DNA of 64,000 bases. It comes from an uncultured Gammaproteobacteria bacterium. GTDB taxonomy: Bacteria > Pseudomonadota > Gammaproteobacteria > DRLM01. A program made the position numbers and the translations under genes. The stretch lies in contig CAVSNY010000003.1 in NCBI GenBank assembly GCA_963729605.1, forward strand, positions 418,018 to 482,017, written 5' to 3'. Below are positions 10,100-20,166 of the stretch, piece after piece (within the stretch, counting starts at the first letter, position 1; every line of letters begins with the position of its first letter). The notes under the pieces were generated by a model, which saw only the letters and a program-made list of their open reading frames with translations, searched no databases and was not told the origin of the DNA.

Positions 10100-10567
10100 T
10101 CAGTCCTTATTTATCTCAACAGTATTCGCATCTTGCCAGGGTGACGCGGAAGGATGAGGCATGTGAGATTTCGCGTCATGATGTTTCACGCGCACGGTAC
10201 CACCGGGTATCAACGGCGGCGGAATCAGCAGGCTGAATTCAGCGTGGAGGGACTTGACGCTTTTTTGTAGGTGATCGATCTCAGCCTCTTTCATCACCTT
10301 ACCGTCCGGACCGAGCAACTCCACGTGCAGATGCCCTGGGATGGGTCCGCGCGCGGGAATGCGCCGTGCCAGTTCACCGCGCAAGACTAGCCCCTCTTCG
10401 CTAGTCTGTAGATAGGTACGGATTATGTGCACACTGCTGGAATCAATGTTCTCCAGCTTCATTACGTCCTGTTGCACCCATGCCGGGGTGGTAGCGCATC
10501 CCGTGGCTAATATCGCTACCGTTAATAAAGTAGCAGTACTCGTTATTTTGTGTACCTGTTTCATCAT
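10100..10567 (-). CDS. Hypothetical lipoprotein, distal gene of the RND operon
   Basis: Lipobox ATGC, AGGAGA RBS, several His in the C-terminal half. Confidence 0.75.
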   Translation of the reverse strand: MMKQVHKITSTATLLTVAILATGCATTPAWVQQDVMKLENIDSSSVHIIRTYLQTSEEGLVLRGELARRIPARGPIPGHLHVELLGPDGKVMKEAEIDHLQKSVKSLHAEFSLLIPPPLIPGGTVRVKHHDAKSHMPHPSASPWQDANTVEINKD

Positions 10568-10608
10568 GGCCGTCTCTCCTTTACGTTTAAAAGATCACAT
10601 ATAAAAAT

Positions 10609-10914
10609 CTATAACCGACCCTGTTGCTCTACTGGGCTGACCCAGTAAATACCTTGCCCCTGAAAACTCCGCTGAGACAGCAATGCGGCCAGCACGAGGC
10701 TGACATCCGCATCCACCAGCAGCACATCCACGCGTACCCGAGGCACATACCCCACTACCTTGTCGCGTGCCGACAAAAAAGGATCTGCCCCGCTGTAGCC
10801 GGAGTGGCCCTCAACGGGGGTGAGAGTAAAACCTTGCACCTGCTCAAGCGCACGCAGACTGTCGGCCAGCGCTTGTTGGGCGCCGGCGTGGATGACCAGC
10901 GTCAGATTCTTCAT
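10609..10914 (-). CDS. P-II-like protein (DUF3240-type) linked to heavy-metal RND pump
   Basis: 101 aa, GFT..PVEGH…RDKVVG, YWVSPVEQQG; start overlaps the RND stop. Confidence 0.75.
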   Translation of the reverse strand: MKNLTLVIHAGAQQALADSLRALEQVQGFTLTPVEGHSGYSGADPFLSARDKVVGYVPRVRVDVLLVDADVSLVLAALLSQRSFQGQGIYWVSPVEQQGRL

Positions 10915-13900
10915 AGGTTTTCTCCCTTATTGCGTTCAGCGCGCCCTTCGAGCCACGCGTAGAGTGTGGGCAGCAAAATCAAGGTCAGCAGAGTCGAAGT
11001 AACCAGGCCGCCGATCACCACCACCGCCAAAGGCCGTTGCAGTTCCGAACCTGGTCCGGTAGCAGCTAACAGCGGCACCAAACCGAGACTGGCGATCAGC
11101 GCCGTCATCAATACCGGCCGCAAGCGCCGTTCCGCCCCTTCCTGTACCGCCTGCAATACCGTGCGGCCCGCCTCGCGCAGTTGATTGAAGTAACTCACCA
11201 TCACCACGCCGTTGAGCACCGCCACTCCGAACAGAGTGATGAACCCGACCGAGGCAGGCACGGAAAGATACAACCCCGAGAGATAGAGACTGATCACACC
11301 GCCGATCATGGCGAAGGGGATGTTGAGGATAATCAACCCCGCTTGCCGTAGCGAACGGAAGGTGGTGAACAGCATCAAGAAGATCAGCATGACGGCGATG
11401 GGCACCACCAGCGCCAGACGCGCGGCGGCACGCTGCTGGTTTTCGAACTGGCCGCCGTAGGTGATGTAGTAACCCTCCGGCAACTTCACTTCCCGTTGAA
11501 TGGTCGTACGCACTTCATCGACGAAACCCACTACGTCACGTCCCTCGACATTGGCCTGCACCACCACTTGTCGTTTGGCCGACTCACGCGAGATCACTAC
11601 CGGGCCATCCACTTCGCGGATCTCGGCCAGCGTCGCCAGCGTTATCTTGTCGCCTGCGGGTGTCTCCACCAGCAGCGCGGCGATCGCCTCGGGCGAAGTG
11701 CGAGCCTGTTCCGGGTAGCGCAACAACACGCCGATGCGCTGACTCTCTTCGATCACCTCGGTGACCACGCGGCCACCCACCGCCACCTCGATCAGTTTAT
11801 TGATCGCTTCAGTGTTGATGCCGAAACGGGCGATGGCCTCGGGCTTGATCTCGATCTGGAGATAGATCTGGCCGGAGAGCTGTTCACGAAACACATCCAC
11901 CGCGCCGGGGATCGCATTCACTAGATCTTCAATCTGTTTCGATGTTTCTTCCAGCAAAGTGAGGTCGTCGCCATAGAGCTTGATCGCCATGGCGGCGCGC
12001 ACGCCGGTAAGCATTTCCGAAACCCGCATGTCGATGGGCTGGGTGAAGGCGTAGTCGATGCCGACGAACCCCTCCAGTTTTTCACGCAGTTGCGCCTGAA
12101 ACTCCTCCAGACTCACCGTCCACTCGTCGCGCGGTTTGGTAAGCAGGAAGTTGTCGGTCTGGTTGAGGTCCATCGGGTCCAGGCGCAGCTCGTCGGCGCC
12201 GGTACGCGACACCACGCCGATCACCTCCGGCAATTCCATCATCGCCTTCTGGTAAGGTACATCCAGCTCCAGCGACCGCTCCAGCGAGATACTCGGCAGC
12301 TTCTCGATGATGACCACGGTGGTCCCCTCATCCATCACCGGCATGAACTCCTTGCCGATGAGGGGAAACAGTGCCAGCGCAATCATCAATGCCGCCAGCG
12401 CGCCGCCGACTGCGATCTTGCGTTGCCGCAAGGCCCAGCGCATCACCGGCAGGTAGAGGTTTTTCAGGGCGGTGAGCAGCCGTCCATCCTCCTCGCCGCC
12501 GCCACGCATCAGCAGGCTGGCGAGCACCGGGATCACCGTCAGCGACAGCAGCAGCGAACCGAGCAGGGCGAAGCTGATGGTCACTGCCAGCGGCGTGAAC
12601 ATCTTGCCCTCCAGCCCACTCAGACTGAACAGCGGCAGGAAAACCACGATGATGATGAGAATGCCGGAGATCACCGGCGTCGCCACCTCGACCACCGCGC
12701 GGTAGACCAGATGCAGACGGCTGACCCCTTTGGGCGCATGGCTGAGGCGGGTGTGGATATTCTCCACCACCACCACGGCGGCATCCACCAGAATACCGAT
12801 GGCGATGGCGAGCCCTCCCAGCGACATGAGGTTGGCGCCGATGCCGAAGATGCGCATCATGACAAAGGTGAACAGCACCGACAGCGGCAGGATCAACGCC
12901 ACCGTCAAGGCGCTACGCAGATTGCCGAGCATCACCAGCAACACGATTAGTACCAGGACTACCGCTTCGCCGAGGGCCTTCTCCACCGTCCAGACCGAAT
13001 CATTCACCAGTTCGGTACGGTCGTAAAAGGGAATGATCTCGATGCCCTTGGGCAGTGCCGGCTTGAGTTCTTCCAGCGCCTGCTTGGCCCCTTCGACGGT
13101 GGTGCGGCTATTGGCCCCTTCGCGCAGCAATACCAGGCCGGTGACCACCTCGCCCTTGCCGTCCGCCGTGACCGCGCCGTAGCGAGTCAGCGAGTTGATG
13201 CGCACCTCGGCGACATCGCGCACATGGACCGGGATGCCGTTGCGGCTGGCGACGGTGATGGCGCCGATCTCCTCCATGCCGCGCAACTGGCCGACGGTGC
13301 GCACCAGCAGCACTTCGTTGTTACGGTTGATGCGGTCGCCGCCGGCATTGCGGTTGTTGGTTTGGAGCGCGGTTTCCAACTCGTCGATCCCCAGGCCATG
13401 GGCCGCCAGCGCCACCGGATCGGCGACCACCTCGAAGACCTTCACCTCGCCGCCGAGGGAGTTGACATCAGCCACCCCCTCGACGCCGCGCAGACGCGGC
13501 CGGATCACCCAATCCTGGATGCGGCGCAGCTCCTGATTGCTGTAGCCCTCGCCCTCGACGCGGTACATATAACCCTCGCCCAGCGGCGTGGTGATCGGGC
13601 CAAGCCCGCCCTCGACACCCGCGGGCAGTTCGTCCCACACCTGGTTGAGCCGTTCCGCCACCTGCTGGCGCGCCCAATAGATGTCGGTGCCGTCCTCGAA
13701 GTCGATGACGATGATGCTGAGAGCATATTTGGTGGTGGAGCGGAGCATGGTCTGACGCGGCAGCCCCTGCATCTCTACCTCGATAGGGAAGGTGATCCGG
13801 CTCTCCACCTCGGTGGGCGAGAGTCCCGGCGCCTTGACGACCACCCGTACCTGGGGCGCCGATATTTCGGGAAAGGCGTCGATGGGCAGGGTATTAAACG

Positions 13901-13988
13901 CCCAGATCCCCGCGCCGGTCAGCCCCAGCGCCAGCAGCAGGATCATCAGCCGCTGGATCAGGGAGAAACGGATCAGTGCGTTGATCAT
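10911..13988 (-). CDS. CzcA/CusA-family heavy-metal efflux RND transporter
   Basis: LPIDAFPEIS, NLMSLGGLAIAIGILVDAAVVVVEN, RLRPVLMT; 1025 aa. Confidence 0.95.
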   Translation of the reverse strand: MINALIRFSLIQRLMILLLALGLTGAGIWAFNTLPIDAFPEISAPQVRVVVKAPGLSPTEVESRITFPIEVEMQGLPRQTMLRSTTKYALSIIVIDFEDGTDIYWARQQVAERLNQVWDELPAGVEGGLGPITTPLGEGYMYRVEGEGYSNQELRRIQDWVIRPRLRGVEGVADVNSLGGEVKVFEVVADPVALAAHGLGIDELETALQTNNRNAGGDRINRNNEVLLVRTVGQLRGMEEIGAITVASRNGIPVHVRDVAEVRINSLTRYGAVTADGKGEVVTGLVLLREGANSRTTVEGAKQALEELKPALPKGIEIIPFYDRTELVNDSVWTVEKALGEAVVLVLIVLLVMLGNLRSALTVALILPLSVLFTFVMMRIFGIGANLMSLGGLAIAIGILVDAAVVVVENIHTRLSHAPKGVSRLHLVYRAVVEVATPVISGILIIIVVFLPLFSLSGLEGKMFTPLAVTISFALLGSLLLSLTVIPVLASLLMRGGGEEDGRLLTALKNLYLPVMRWALRQRKIAVGGALAALMIALALFPLIGKEFMPVMDEGTTVVIIEKLPSISLERSLELDVPYQKAMMELPEVIGVVSRTGADELRLDPMDLNQTDNFLLTKPRDEWTVSLEEFQAQLREKLEGFVGIDYAFTQPIDMRVSEMLTGVRAAMAIKLYGDDLTLLEETSKQIEDLVNAIPGAVDVFREQLSGQIYLQIEIKPEAIARFGINTEAINKLIEVAVGGRVVTEVIEESQRIGVLLRYPEQARTSPEAIAALLVETPAGDKITLATLAEIREVDGPVVISRESAKRQVVVQANVEGRDVVGFVDEVRTTIQREVKLPEGYYITYGGQFENQQRAAARLALVVPIAVMLIFLMLFTTFRSLRQAGLIILNIPFAMIGGVISLYLSGLYLSVPASVGFITLFGVAVLNGVVMVSYFNQLREAGRTVLQAVQEGAERRLRPVLMTALIASLGLVPLLAATGPGSELQRPLAVVVIGGLVTSTLLTLILLPTLYAWLEGRAERNKGENL

Positions 13989-13991
13989 GGT

Positions 13992-15095
13992 CTACTCGCC
14001 TCCCTGGTACTGCCAGTGGGATTTGAGTTCGGCGACGCCGCCGCTGACGATCTCGGTGCCCGCCACGATGCCCGATTTGATGGAGACCCAGCCGTCGCTG
14101 CTGTCACCGAGCGTCACCTTGACCGGCTCGTAACTGCGCGGCCCGTTCACCTTGAAGAGGTAATTGTCGTTGCCACGGCGGAACACGGCGCTCGCTGGCG
14201 CCATCAGTCCCGTCCGCTTCGCCCCCTGCAACTCCGCCTGCACATACATGCCGGGACGCAACAGTCCCTGGCGGTTGTCGATCACCACCCGTCCGGCGAT
14301 GGTCTGGTTCTCGGCGTCCACCTCGCTGCTGAGGGTCTGAAGCTGACCTTCGATGTTCTGCTGTGGAAAGGCGGCGACCTTGATAACGACCTTGGCGCCG
14401 GGCGCCGCCTGGCCGATGCTGGCCACGGGAATACGGATATCCGCCCACACTTTACTCAGATCGGCAAGCCGAAACGCCGTTTCACCCGCGGTGAGCAATT
14501 GACCGCTCTCCACCGCCACCTCCAGCACCACACCATTGGCGGGGCTGATCAGCGGGTAATCGGCAATGCTATCGGATTGCCGGGCCAGTCCCTCGATTTG
14601 GGACGCACTCAATCCCGCCAGGATCAAGGCACGACGACGCTGATCCAGCATCGCCTGCGCCATCTTGTATTGGCTCTCCGCCTCCAACAGACGGCTCTCG
14701 GCCACCACGCCGTCCTGACGCAGTCCCTTGATGCGCTGCCGTTCGGTCTGCGCTACGTCATAACGGGCCAGCGCCTCCAGATAATCCGCCTGTGCCTGCC
14801 CCAGGGTATTGCTGTGCAACCGCGCCAGCACTTGACCTTTGCGCACCACCGCATACTCCACCACCTTCAATTCCGTGACCAAGCCATCGACGACCGGTGC
14901 GACGCGGAACAACCGTTGCTGATCGGCGCGCAAAACACCGCTGGCAATAATCGTGGTGGCGGCTTGACGCTCGATCACCTTGGCCGTGCTCAGTTTCACA
15001 TTGGCCATCTGCTGGGGTGTCAGTTCGAGGCCATGCACAACCACGGGCAAGGCCATCAAGATCAATAACAGGGATTTCGCGAATACAGATTTCAT
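13992..15095 (-). CDS. RND periplasmic adaptor (CzcB-like)
   Basis: Signal peptide, lipoyl/hairpin pattern, LRPGMY, DLSKVW. Confidence 0.92.
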   Translation of the reverse strand: MKSVFAKSLLLILMALPVVVHGLELTPQQMANVKLSTAKVIERQAATTIIASGVLRADQQRLFRVAPVVDGLVTELKVVEYAVVRKGQVLARLHSNTLGQAQADYLEALARYDVAQTERQRIKGLRQDGVVAESRLLEAESQYKMAQAMLDQRRRALILAGLSASQIEGLARQSDSIADYPLISPANGVVLEVAVESGQLLTAGETAFRLADLSKVWADIRIPVASIGQAAPGAKVVIKVAAFPQQNIEGQLQTLSSEVDAENQTIAGRVVIDNRQGLLRPGMYVQAELQGAKRTGLMAPASAVFRRGNDNYLFKVNGPRSYEPVKVTLGDSSDGWVSIKSGIVAGTEIVSGGVAELKSHWQYQGGE

Positions 15096-16408
15096 TGTGC
15101 GTTTCCTTCAACAGATGGCGAGGCGAGCAGCGACACACCGGCGGCGCGGCGCAACTCGGCGGCCTCCAGCCATGACTGCTGCAACAGTTCCAGGTAACGG
15201 GCGCGGGCATCGAAATAGGTCTCTACCGCATCGACGAGATTGAGTATCTCCACCTCGCCGGCGGCGAAACCCTTGCGGCTGAGTTGGAAGATCTCCTCGG
15301 CGGGTTCAAGCACCTTGCCGCGGTATTCCTGGGCCTGCTCGATCAGATGCGCCAAGTGCAGATGATTGAGGCGCAGCCGGTTGCCGATCTGACGTTGCAG
15401 GGCCTCCGCCTCGAACTGCGCTTTCTGCTTAGCGGCACGAGCGGTGTCGATATGTCCCTTGCCGCGATCCCACAGCGGCAAGGTCACCGCCACGCCGATC
15501 GCCGTGACGTCCTGGCGGCTACCGCCCAGGAAACCTCGCTCACGCGCCAGCCATAACTCAGGGTCGGCAAAACGGTTGGCGCGCGCCACATCCACACCAT
15601 GACGGGCGGCTTCCACCCGCTGACGCGCCGCCGACAGGATAGGGTTGGCCTCAAACTGCGATTCCAACCCGGCCAAATCCGGCAATACCGGTGGATGATT
15701 CAAGGCCGCCACGGCGGGATCGGCTTCAGCCACATTCAACAGGGTTAGAAAATCGGAGAGGGATTCACTGTATTCACCTTCGGCGGAGGCGATCAACTGC
15801 TTGGCCGATTCACGCACCACATCCAGACGCAGGCGTTCCAGGCGCGACAAATCTCCCGCCTGTTCACGGCGACGGCCGATGTCTTGAAACTCATCGGCGC
15901 TTTGTAGCCGTTGTTCGGCCAGCAAGAACAAGGCGCGATTCAGTTGTAAACCATGAAAAACCCGCGCCGCCTCGTATTCCAGCGCCAGACTTTGTTGCCC
16001 CGCCTCAGCCTCGGCCTGTTTGAGACCGGCATCTGCCTGTTTACGTTGCACGCCCAGGCGGCCACTCACGGGCAGCGGCTGGCTGACTCGGAACTGAGTC
16101 AAGTCGGCGCCACCTTGACCATCCTCTTTACCCAGGGAATTGTCGGCGCCCAATTCGACGGTAGGATTAGGCCAGACACCGGCCTGACGCAAAACTCCCT
16201 GGCGCGCTTTCACTTCGGCTTCGGCGGCGCGCCGTTCCGGCGCTTGCTCTAATACCCGTTGGGCCGTGGTCTCCAACGTCCACGCTTCGGTTTGAGCGGC
16301 GGCGACGCCGCTCGCCACCATCAATACCACACCGGCGCACACCCCTCTGCCGGCGCGTTCGAAAAGTCCTCTCGACACGGTATAAATCCTCACCCATGGC
16401 CACGCCAC
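15092..16408 (-). CDS. TolC-family outer-membrane factor (CzcC-like)
   Basis: PNP..E, SQPLP, LPLWDRG.G, G.AAGE….LVDA motifs; exact start uncertain. Confidence 0.9.
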   Translation of the reverse strand: MAWPWVRIYTVSRGLFERAGRGVCAGVVLMVASGVAAAQTEAWTLETTAQRVLEQAPERRAAEAEVKARQGVLRQAGVWPNPTVELGADNSLGKEDGQGGADLTQFRVSQPLPVSGRLGVQRKQADAGLKQAEAEAGQQSLALEYEAARVFHGLQLNRALFLLAEQRLQSADEFQDIGRRREQAGDLSRLERLRLDVVRESAKQLIASAEGEYSESLSDFLTLLNVAEADPAVAALNHPPVLPDLAGLESQFEANPILSAARQRVEAARHGVDVARANRFADPELWLARERGFLGGSRQDVTAIGVAVTLPLWDRGKGHIDTARAAKQKAQFEAEALQRQIGNRLRLNHLHLAHLIEQAQEYRGKVLEPAEEIFQLSRKGFAAGEVEILNLVDAVETYFDARARYLELLQQSWLEAAELRRAAGVSLLASPSVEGNAQ

Positions 16409-16528
16409 AAAGCACCTTTAAGGCGCATCCATGGCGGCCAACGAATTAAACAAACGGGATTGCGTGCTGACAGACTCGAACACCAAGGTTCGCATCCCAT
16501 AGCCAGCGCTGTTTACGTCAGATGAGGA

Positions 16529-16948
16529 TTAGAGCGGGGGTGCGCGCAGCGGCGGCCTGAAGGCGATGCCGCGGGTAGTAAAGGAGACTTCAAGATTGAC
16601 CGGCCAATAATAGGCACGGACCAGCAGAGGTACCAACAGGATAACGGAGAGAAATAAAACCGCGACCAGGGTGTCGCTAAATTTGAGGTTCTTGACTACC
16701 GCGTCCGCCGATAAGTCGATCTCGGTCGCGGGGTCATGCTCTTCTTCATTATTTGCGTCGGAAGAAGTCACATGAATCTCGGGATGATGCGCATGGTTAT
16801 CCAGCATACCCACCTGATCGAGCTGCTTATGATGATCATGCGTGCTGTGCACATGAAGCGGCAGAGTCTGTACAAACAACAACGCCATGACGGCCATGAA
16901 CACCATCAAGATTCGATTGCGGCAGTTGTGTATACGGAATTGATTCAT
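16529..16948 (-). CDS. His-rich 2-TM leader protein ending in RAPP (DUF2946/CruR-like arrest peptide candidate)
   Basis: Start MNQFRIH; TM, His-rich loop (HVHSTHDHH…HAHH), TM, then FRPPLRAPPL*; 120 nt upstream of the czcC-like gene. Confidence 0.75.
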   Translation of the reverse strand: MNQFRIHNCRNRILMVFMAVMALLFVQTLPLHVHSTHDHHKQLDQVGMLDNHAHHPEIHVTSSDANNEEEHDPATEIDLSADAVVKNLKFSDTLVAVLFLSVILLVPLLVRAYYWPVNLEVSFTTRGIAFRPPLRAPPL

Positions 16949-16981
16949 GAGGTCTCGGAATGTTTGCTTGATAACAGCTTG

Positions 16982-16997
16982 AGCAAAAGCTTCGCCA
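16982..16997 (-). promoter_or_regulatory. Candidate sigma-54 promoter
   Basis: TGGCGAAGCTTTTGCT with GG-N10-GC spacing, about 35 nt upstream of the RAPP ORF. Confidence 0.4.
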
Positions 16998-17613
16998 GCT
17001 TTCCATACCGGATTGTTATTGTCAATACGCTTTGGATACCAGCGCATTGTTGTACAGGCCGGTGGGCACGCCGTTTTCGTAACGCTGATTGCTGCCGTCG
17101 CCCTGATCCAGCCGGGTCTCGCCGCCGGCGGTGACGGCGCCGCGCGAATTGAACTGCCAATTGTAAAAAGCGCCGCCGTCCGATCAAACACCGGCGCCGT
17201 TCGGAACGTATTCCAGCTTGGAGACCTGCGAGATCGAGCGCCGGCGTTTCTTCGCCGCGGAGGGGCGTTGCCATTGCAGCGTCGGCCGTGTACCGTGGGA
17301 ATCGCCCTCCCTGCTGCGCGAGGCGCCTTACGCCGAACGCCCCCGCTTTCCCGCAGACGAGGGTAATCGTTTTTAATCTGCGCCCGCGTCTTAAATGCAC
17401 TTGCACAGACCACGGGATAAAAACCGTTGACGTAGACACCGGGGCGGCGAATCACCATCCGTCGCCGCAATTGCGGCCATGCGCGACTTCCTATTCATTA
17501 TATTCCGCGCAATCGCCGCGGCTGGGCTAAACTGAAAATATCATCGGCGATCAAACGCCTCGCTCCATTCCAAATCTTGCGGTTCTCGTTCGCCGTATTT
17601 CACGAGGTACATC

Positions 17614-19026
17614 ATGGACTGGTCCGATCCCCTGCTCCTCGCCCGCGTGCAGTTCGGTTTCACCATTGCGTTTCACATCATTTTTCCGGCCTTTTCGATC
17701 GGGCTGGCCAGTTTTCTGGCCTTTATCGAGGGTCTATGGCTCGGCACCGGCAAGGCCATTTATCTCGCCGTATTCAACTACTGGAAAAAGATATTCGCAC
17801 TGACCTTCGGCATGGGCGTGGTATCGGGCGTGGTCATGAGTTATCAGTTCGGCACCAACTGGAGCGTGTTCGCCGACAAAACCGGCCCGGTGCTCGGCCC
17901 GCTGATGGGCTACGAGGTGATGTCGGCCTTTTTCCTCGAGGCCGGTTTTCTCGGCGTGATGTTGTTCGGTCTCGGACGCGTCGGCAAAAAATTACATTTT
18001 TTCGCGACGCTGATGGTCGCGATCGGTACCTTGTTCTCGGCGTTCTGGATTCTATCGGTCAACAGCTGGATGCACACGCCGGCGGGTTATGCCATCAACG
18101 GCGCGGGCCAGTTCATTCCGGTCGACTGGTGGGCCGTCATATTCAATCCTTCGTTTCCCTATCGTCTCGTACATATGGTGTTGGCGGCTTATCTCACTAC
18201 CGCCCTCGCGGTGGCGGCGGTCGCGGCCTGGCATCTGCTGCGCGACAAGAATAACGCCGCGGCGCGGGTGATGTTCTCGCTCGGCATGGCCATGGTCGCC
18301 GTGGTCGCGCCGCTGCAAATTATCGCGGGCGACCTCCACGGCCTCAACACACTCGAATATCAGCCCGCCAAGATCGCGGCGATGGAGGGCCATTTCGAGA
18401 CGCGCGCCGGCGCGCCGCTGATCCTGTTCGGACTGCCCGACATGGAAGGCGAGACCACGCGCCATGCCGTGGAAATCCCCCGTCTCGGCAGTCTGATCCT
18501 CACCCACGACTGGCAGGGCGAGATCAAAGGGTTGAAGGCGTGGCCGCCCGAGGAACGGCCCAACGCGTCCATCGTATTCTGGAGCTTTCGTATCATGATC
18601 GTGCTTGGCTTGCTGATGGCGCTGCTCGGCGTGTGGAGTCTGGCGCAGCGTCTGCGCGGCCGTTTATACGACGATCGCCGGCTGTTGCGCGCGGCCTGCT
18701 TGATGGGCCCGAGCGGTTTCGCCGCGCTGTTGTCGGGCTGGATCACCACCGAGGTCGGCCGCCAGCCCTACACGGTCTACGGCCTGCTGCGCACCGCCGA
18801 TTCGGTGTCGCCGGTCGCCGCACCCGTGGTCGCGAGCTCCCTGGCCGCCTATTTCGTCGTCTATATAGCCATCTTCGCCGCGGGCGCATATTACATCCTG
18901 CGCCTCATGCGCCACCCGCCGGACGTCCACGAACCCGACCTGCGGACCGGCCTGCCGCTGCGCGCCGCGGGTATCACGCCCGCGCCGGCCATGCTGCCGA
19001 AAAATCATCCGGAGAACTCGCCATGA
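17614..19026 (+). CDS. cydA: Cytochrome bd-type quinol oxidase subunit I (CioA-like, short Q-loop)
   Basis: FHIIFP, QFGTNW, FFLEAGF, QPAKIAAMEG, EVGRQP. Confidence 0.95.
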   Translation: MDWSDPLLLARVQFGFTIAFHIIFPAFSIGLASFLAFIEGLWLGTGKAIYLAVFNYWKKIFALTFGMGVVSGVVMSYQFGTNWSVFADKTGPVLGPLMGYEVMSAFFLEAGFLGVMLFGLGRVGKKLHFFATLMVAIGTLFSAFWILSVNSWMHTPAGYAINGAGQFIPVDWWAVIFNPSFPYRLVHMVLAAYLTTALAVAAVAAWHLLRDKNNAAARVMFSLGMAMVAVVAPLQIIAGDLHGLNTLEYQPAKIAAMEGHFETRAGAPLILFGLPDMEGETTRHAVEIPRLGSLILTHDWQGEIKGLKAWPPEERPNASIVFWSFRIMIVLGLLMALLGVWSLAQRLRGRLYDDRRLLRAACLMGPSGFAALLSGWITTEVGRQPYTVYGLLRTADSVSPVAAPVVASSLAAYFVVYIAIFAAGAYYILRLMRHPPDVHEPDLRTGLPLRAAGITPAPAMLPKNHPENSP

Positions 19027-20027
19027 GCGTCGATTTCGCGCTGGTCTGGGCCGGCATTCTCGCCTTCGCGATCCTCGCCTACGTCGTGCTCGACGGCTTC
19101 GATCTCGGCGTTGGCATACTGTTTCCGTTCTTTCGCGATCCGCACGACCGCGACCGCATGATGAACTCGATCGCGCCGGTATGGGACGGCAACGAGACCT
19201 GGCTGGTGCTCGGCGGCGGCGGCCTGTTCGCGGCCTTTCCGCTCGCCTACGCCGTGGCGATGCCCGCGCTGTACATCCCGCTCACCGCCATGCTGATCGG
19301 CCTGATCTTCCGCGGCGTCGCTTTCGAATTTCGCGCGCGCGCGCGAACCAGCAAATTTTTATGGGACTGGGCTTTCACGGCCGGCTCGGCCGTCGCGGCC
19401 TTCGCGCAGGGCCTCGTGCTCGGCAGTTTCGTGCAAGGCATCGCCATCACCGGGCGCGCCTACGGCGGCGGGACGTGGGATTGGCTCACGCCCTTCAGCG
19501 TGCTGACCGGTTTCGCATTGCTGATCGGCTATACGCTGCTCGGGGCAACCTGGCTGGTGATGAAGACGGAAGGCGAACTGCATGAGCACGCCGGTCGTTG
19601 CGCGCGCAAAGCCGGTATCGGGACCTTCGCGGCGATCATCGTCATCAGCCTGTGGACGCCCTGGCTGCATCCGCAATACGCCGCGCGCTGGTTCGATTGG
19701 CCCATGACCTTGTACACCTTTGCGGTGCCGGCGCTGGTGGTGATCTGCGCCGTCATGTTGTTCCGCGGTTTGCATCAGCGCCGCCCCGCGCTCCCGTTTC
19801 TCGCGGCGCTGGGACTGTTCGTGTTGTGTTATTTCGGTCTCATCATCGGTCTCTTTCCCTACATCGTGCCGCACTCGCTGAGTTTATGGGAGGCCGCCGC
19901 ACCCGACAGCAGCTTGCGATTCCTGTTGATCGGCGCCGTAATCCTGCTGCCCATGATCCTCGGCTACACCGCCTACGCCTACTGGGTGTTTCGCGGCAAG
20001 GTCGCGGAGGCGTCGCATTATCACTGA
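19023..20027 (+). CDS. cydB: Cytochrome bd-type quinol oxidase subunit II (CioB-like; start MSVDF)
   Basis: DGFDLGVG, PVWDGNETWLV, FRGVAFEFR; ATGA overlap with subunit I. Confidence 0.95.
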   Translation: MSVDFALVWAGILAFAILAYVVLDGFDLGVGILFPFFRDPHDRDRMMNSIAPVWDGNETWLVLGGGGLFAAFPLAYAVAMPALYIPLTAMLIGLIFRGVAFEFRARARTSKFLWDWAFTAGSAVAAFAQGLVLGSFVQGIAITGRAYGGGTWDWLTPFSVLTGFALLIGYTLLGATWLVMKTEGELHEHAGRCARKAGIGTFAAIIVISLWTPWLHPQYAARWFDWPMTLYTFAVPALVVICAVMLFRGLHQRRPALPFLAALGLFVLCYFGLIIGLFPYIVPHSLSLWEAAAPDSSLRFLLIGAVILLPMILGYTAYAYWVFRGKVAEASHYH

Positions 20028-20123
20028 CAGCGAACGAGCGCCCCGATACGGCAAGACGCACATGACGGTGAAGCTGCCGTATTCCGGCGGCGTTGAAATT
20101 GGCGACGGCAAATGACGGCGGAC

Positions 20124-20160
20124 GCCGTCCCCGCGGCGCATACACGCTGCGGGGACGGCC
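20124..20160. terminator. Hairpin between convergent cydB and TBDR
   Basis: GCCGTCCCCGCGGCG…CGCTGCGGGGACGGC. Confidence 0.6.
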
Positions 20161-20166
20161 GGCCGA

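Noticed and set aside
17427-17440. FNR/Anr box upstream of cydA
   Set aside because: Only one half-site (TTGAC) matches
16949-17470. 313-aa version of the RAPP ORF
   Set aside because: The upstream part is Arg-rich and non-coding-like; a TM segment begins shortly after the Met at 16948
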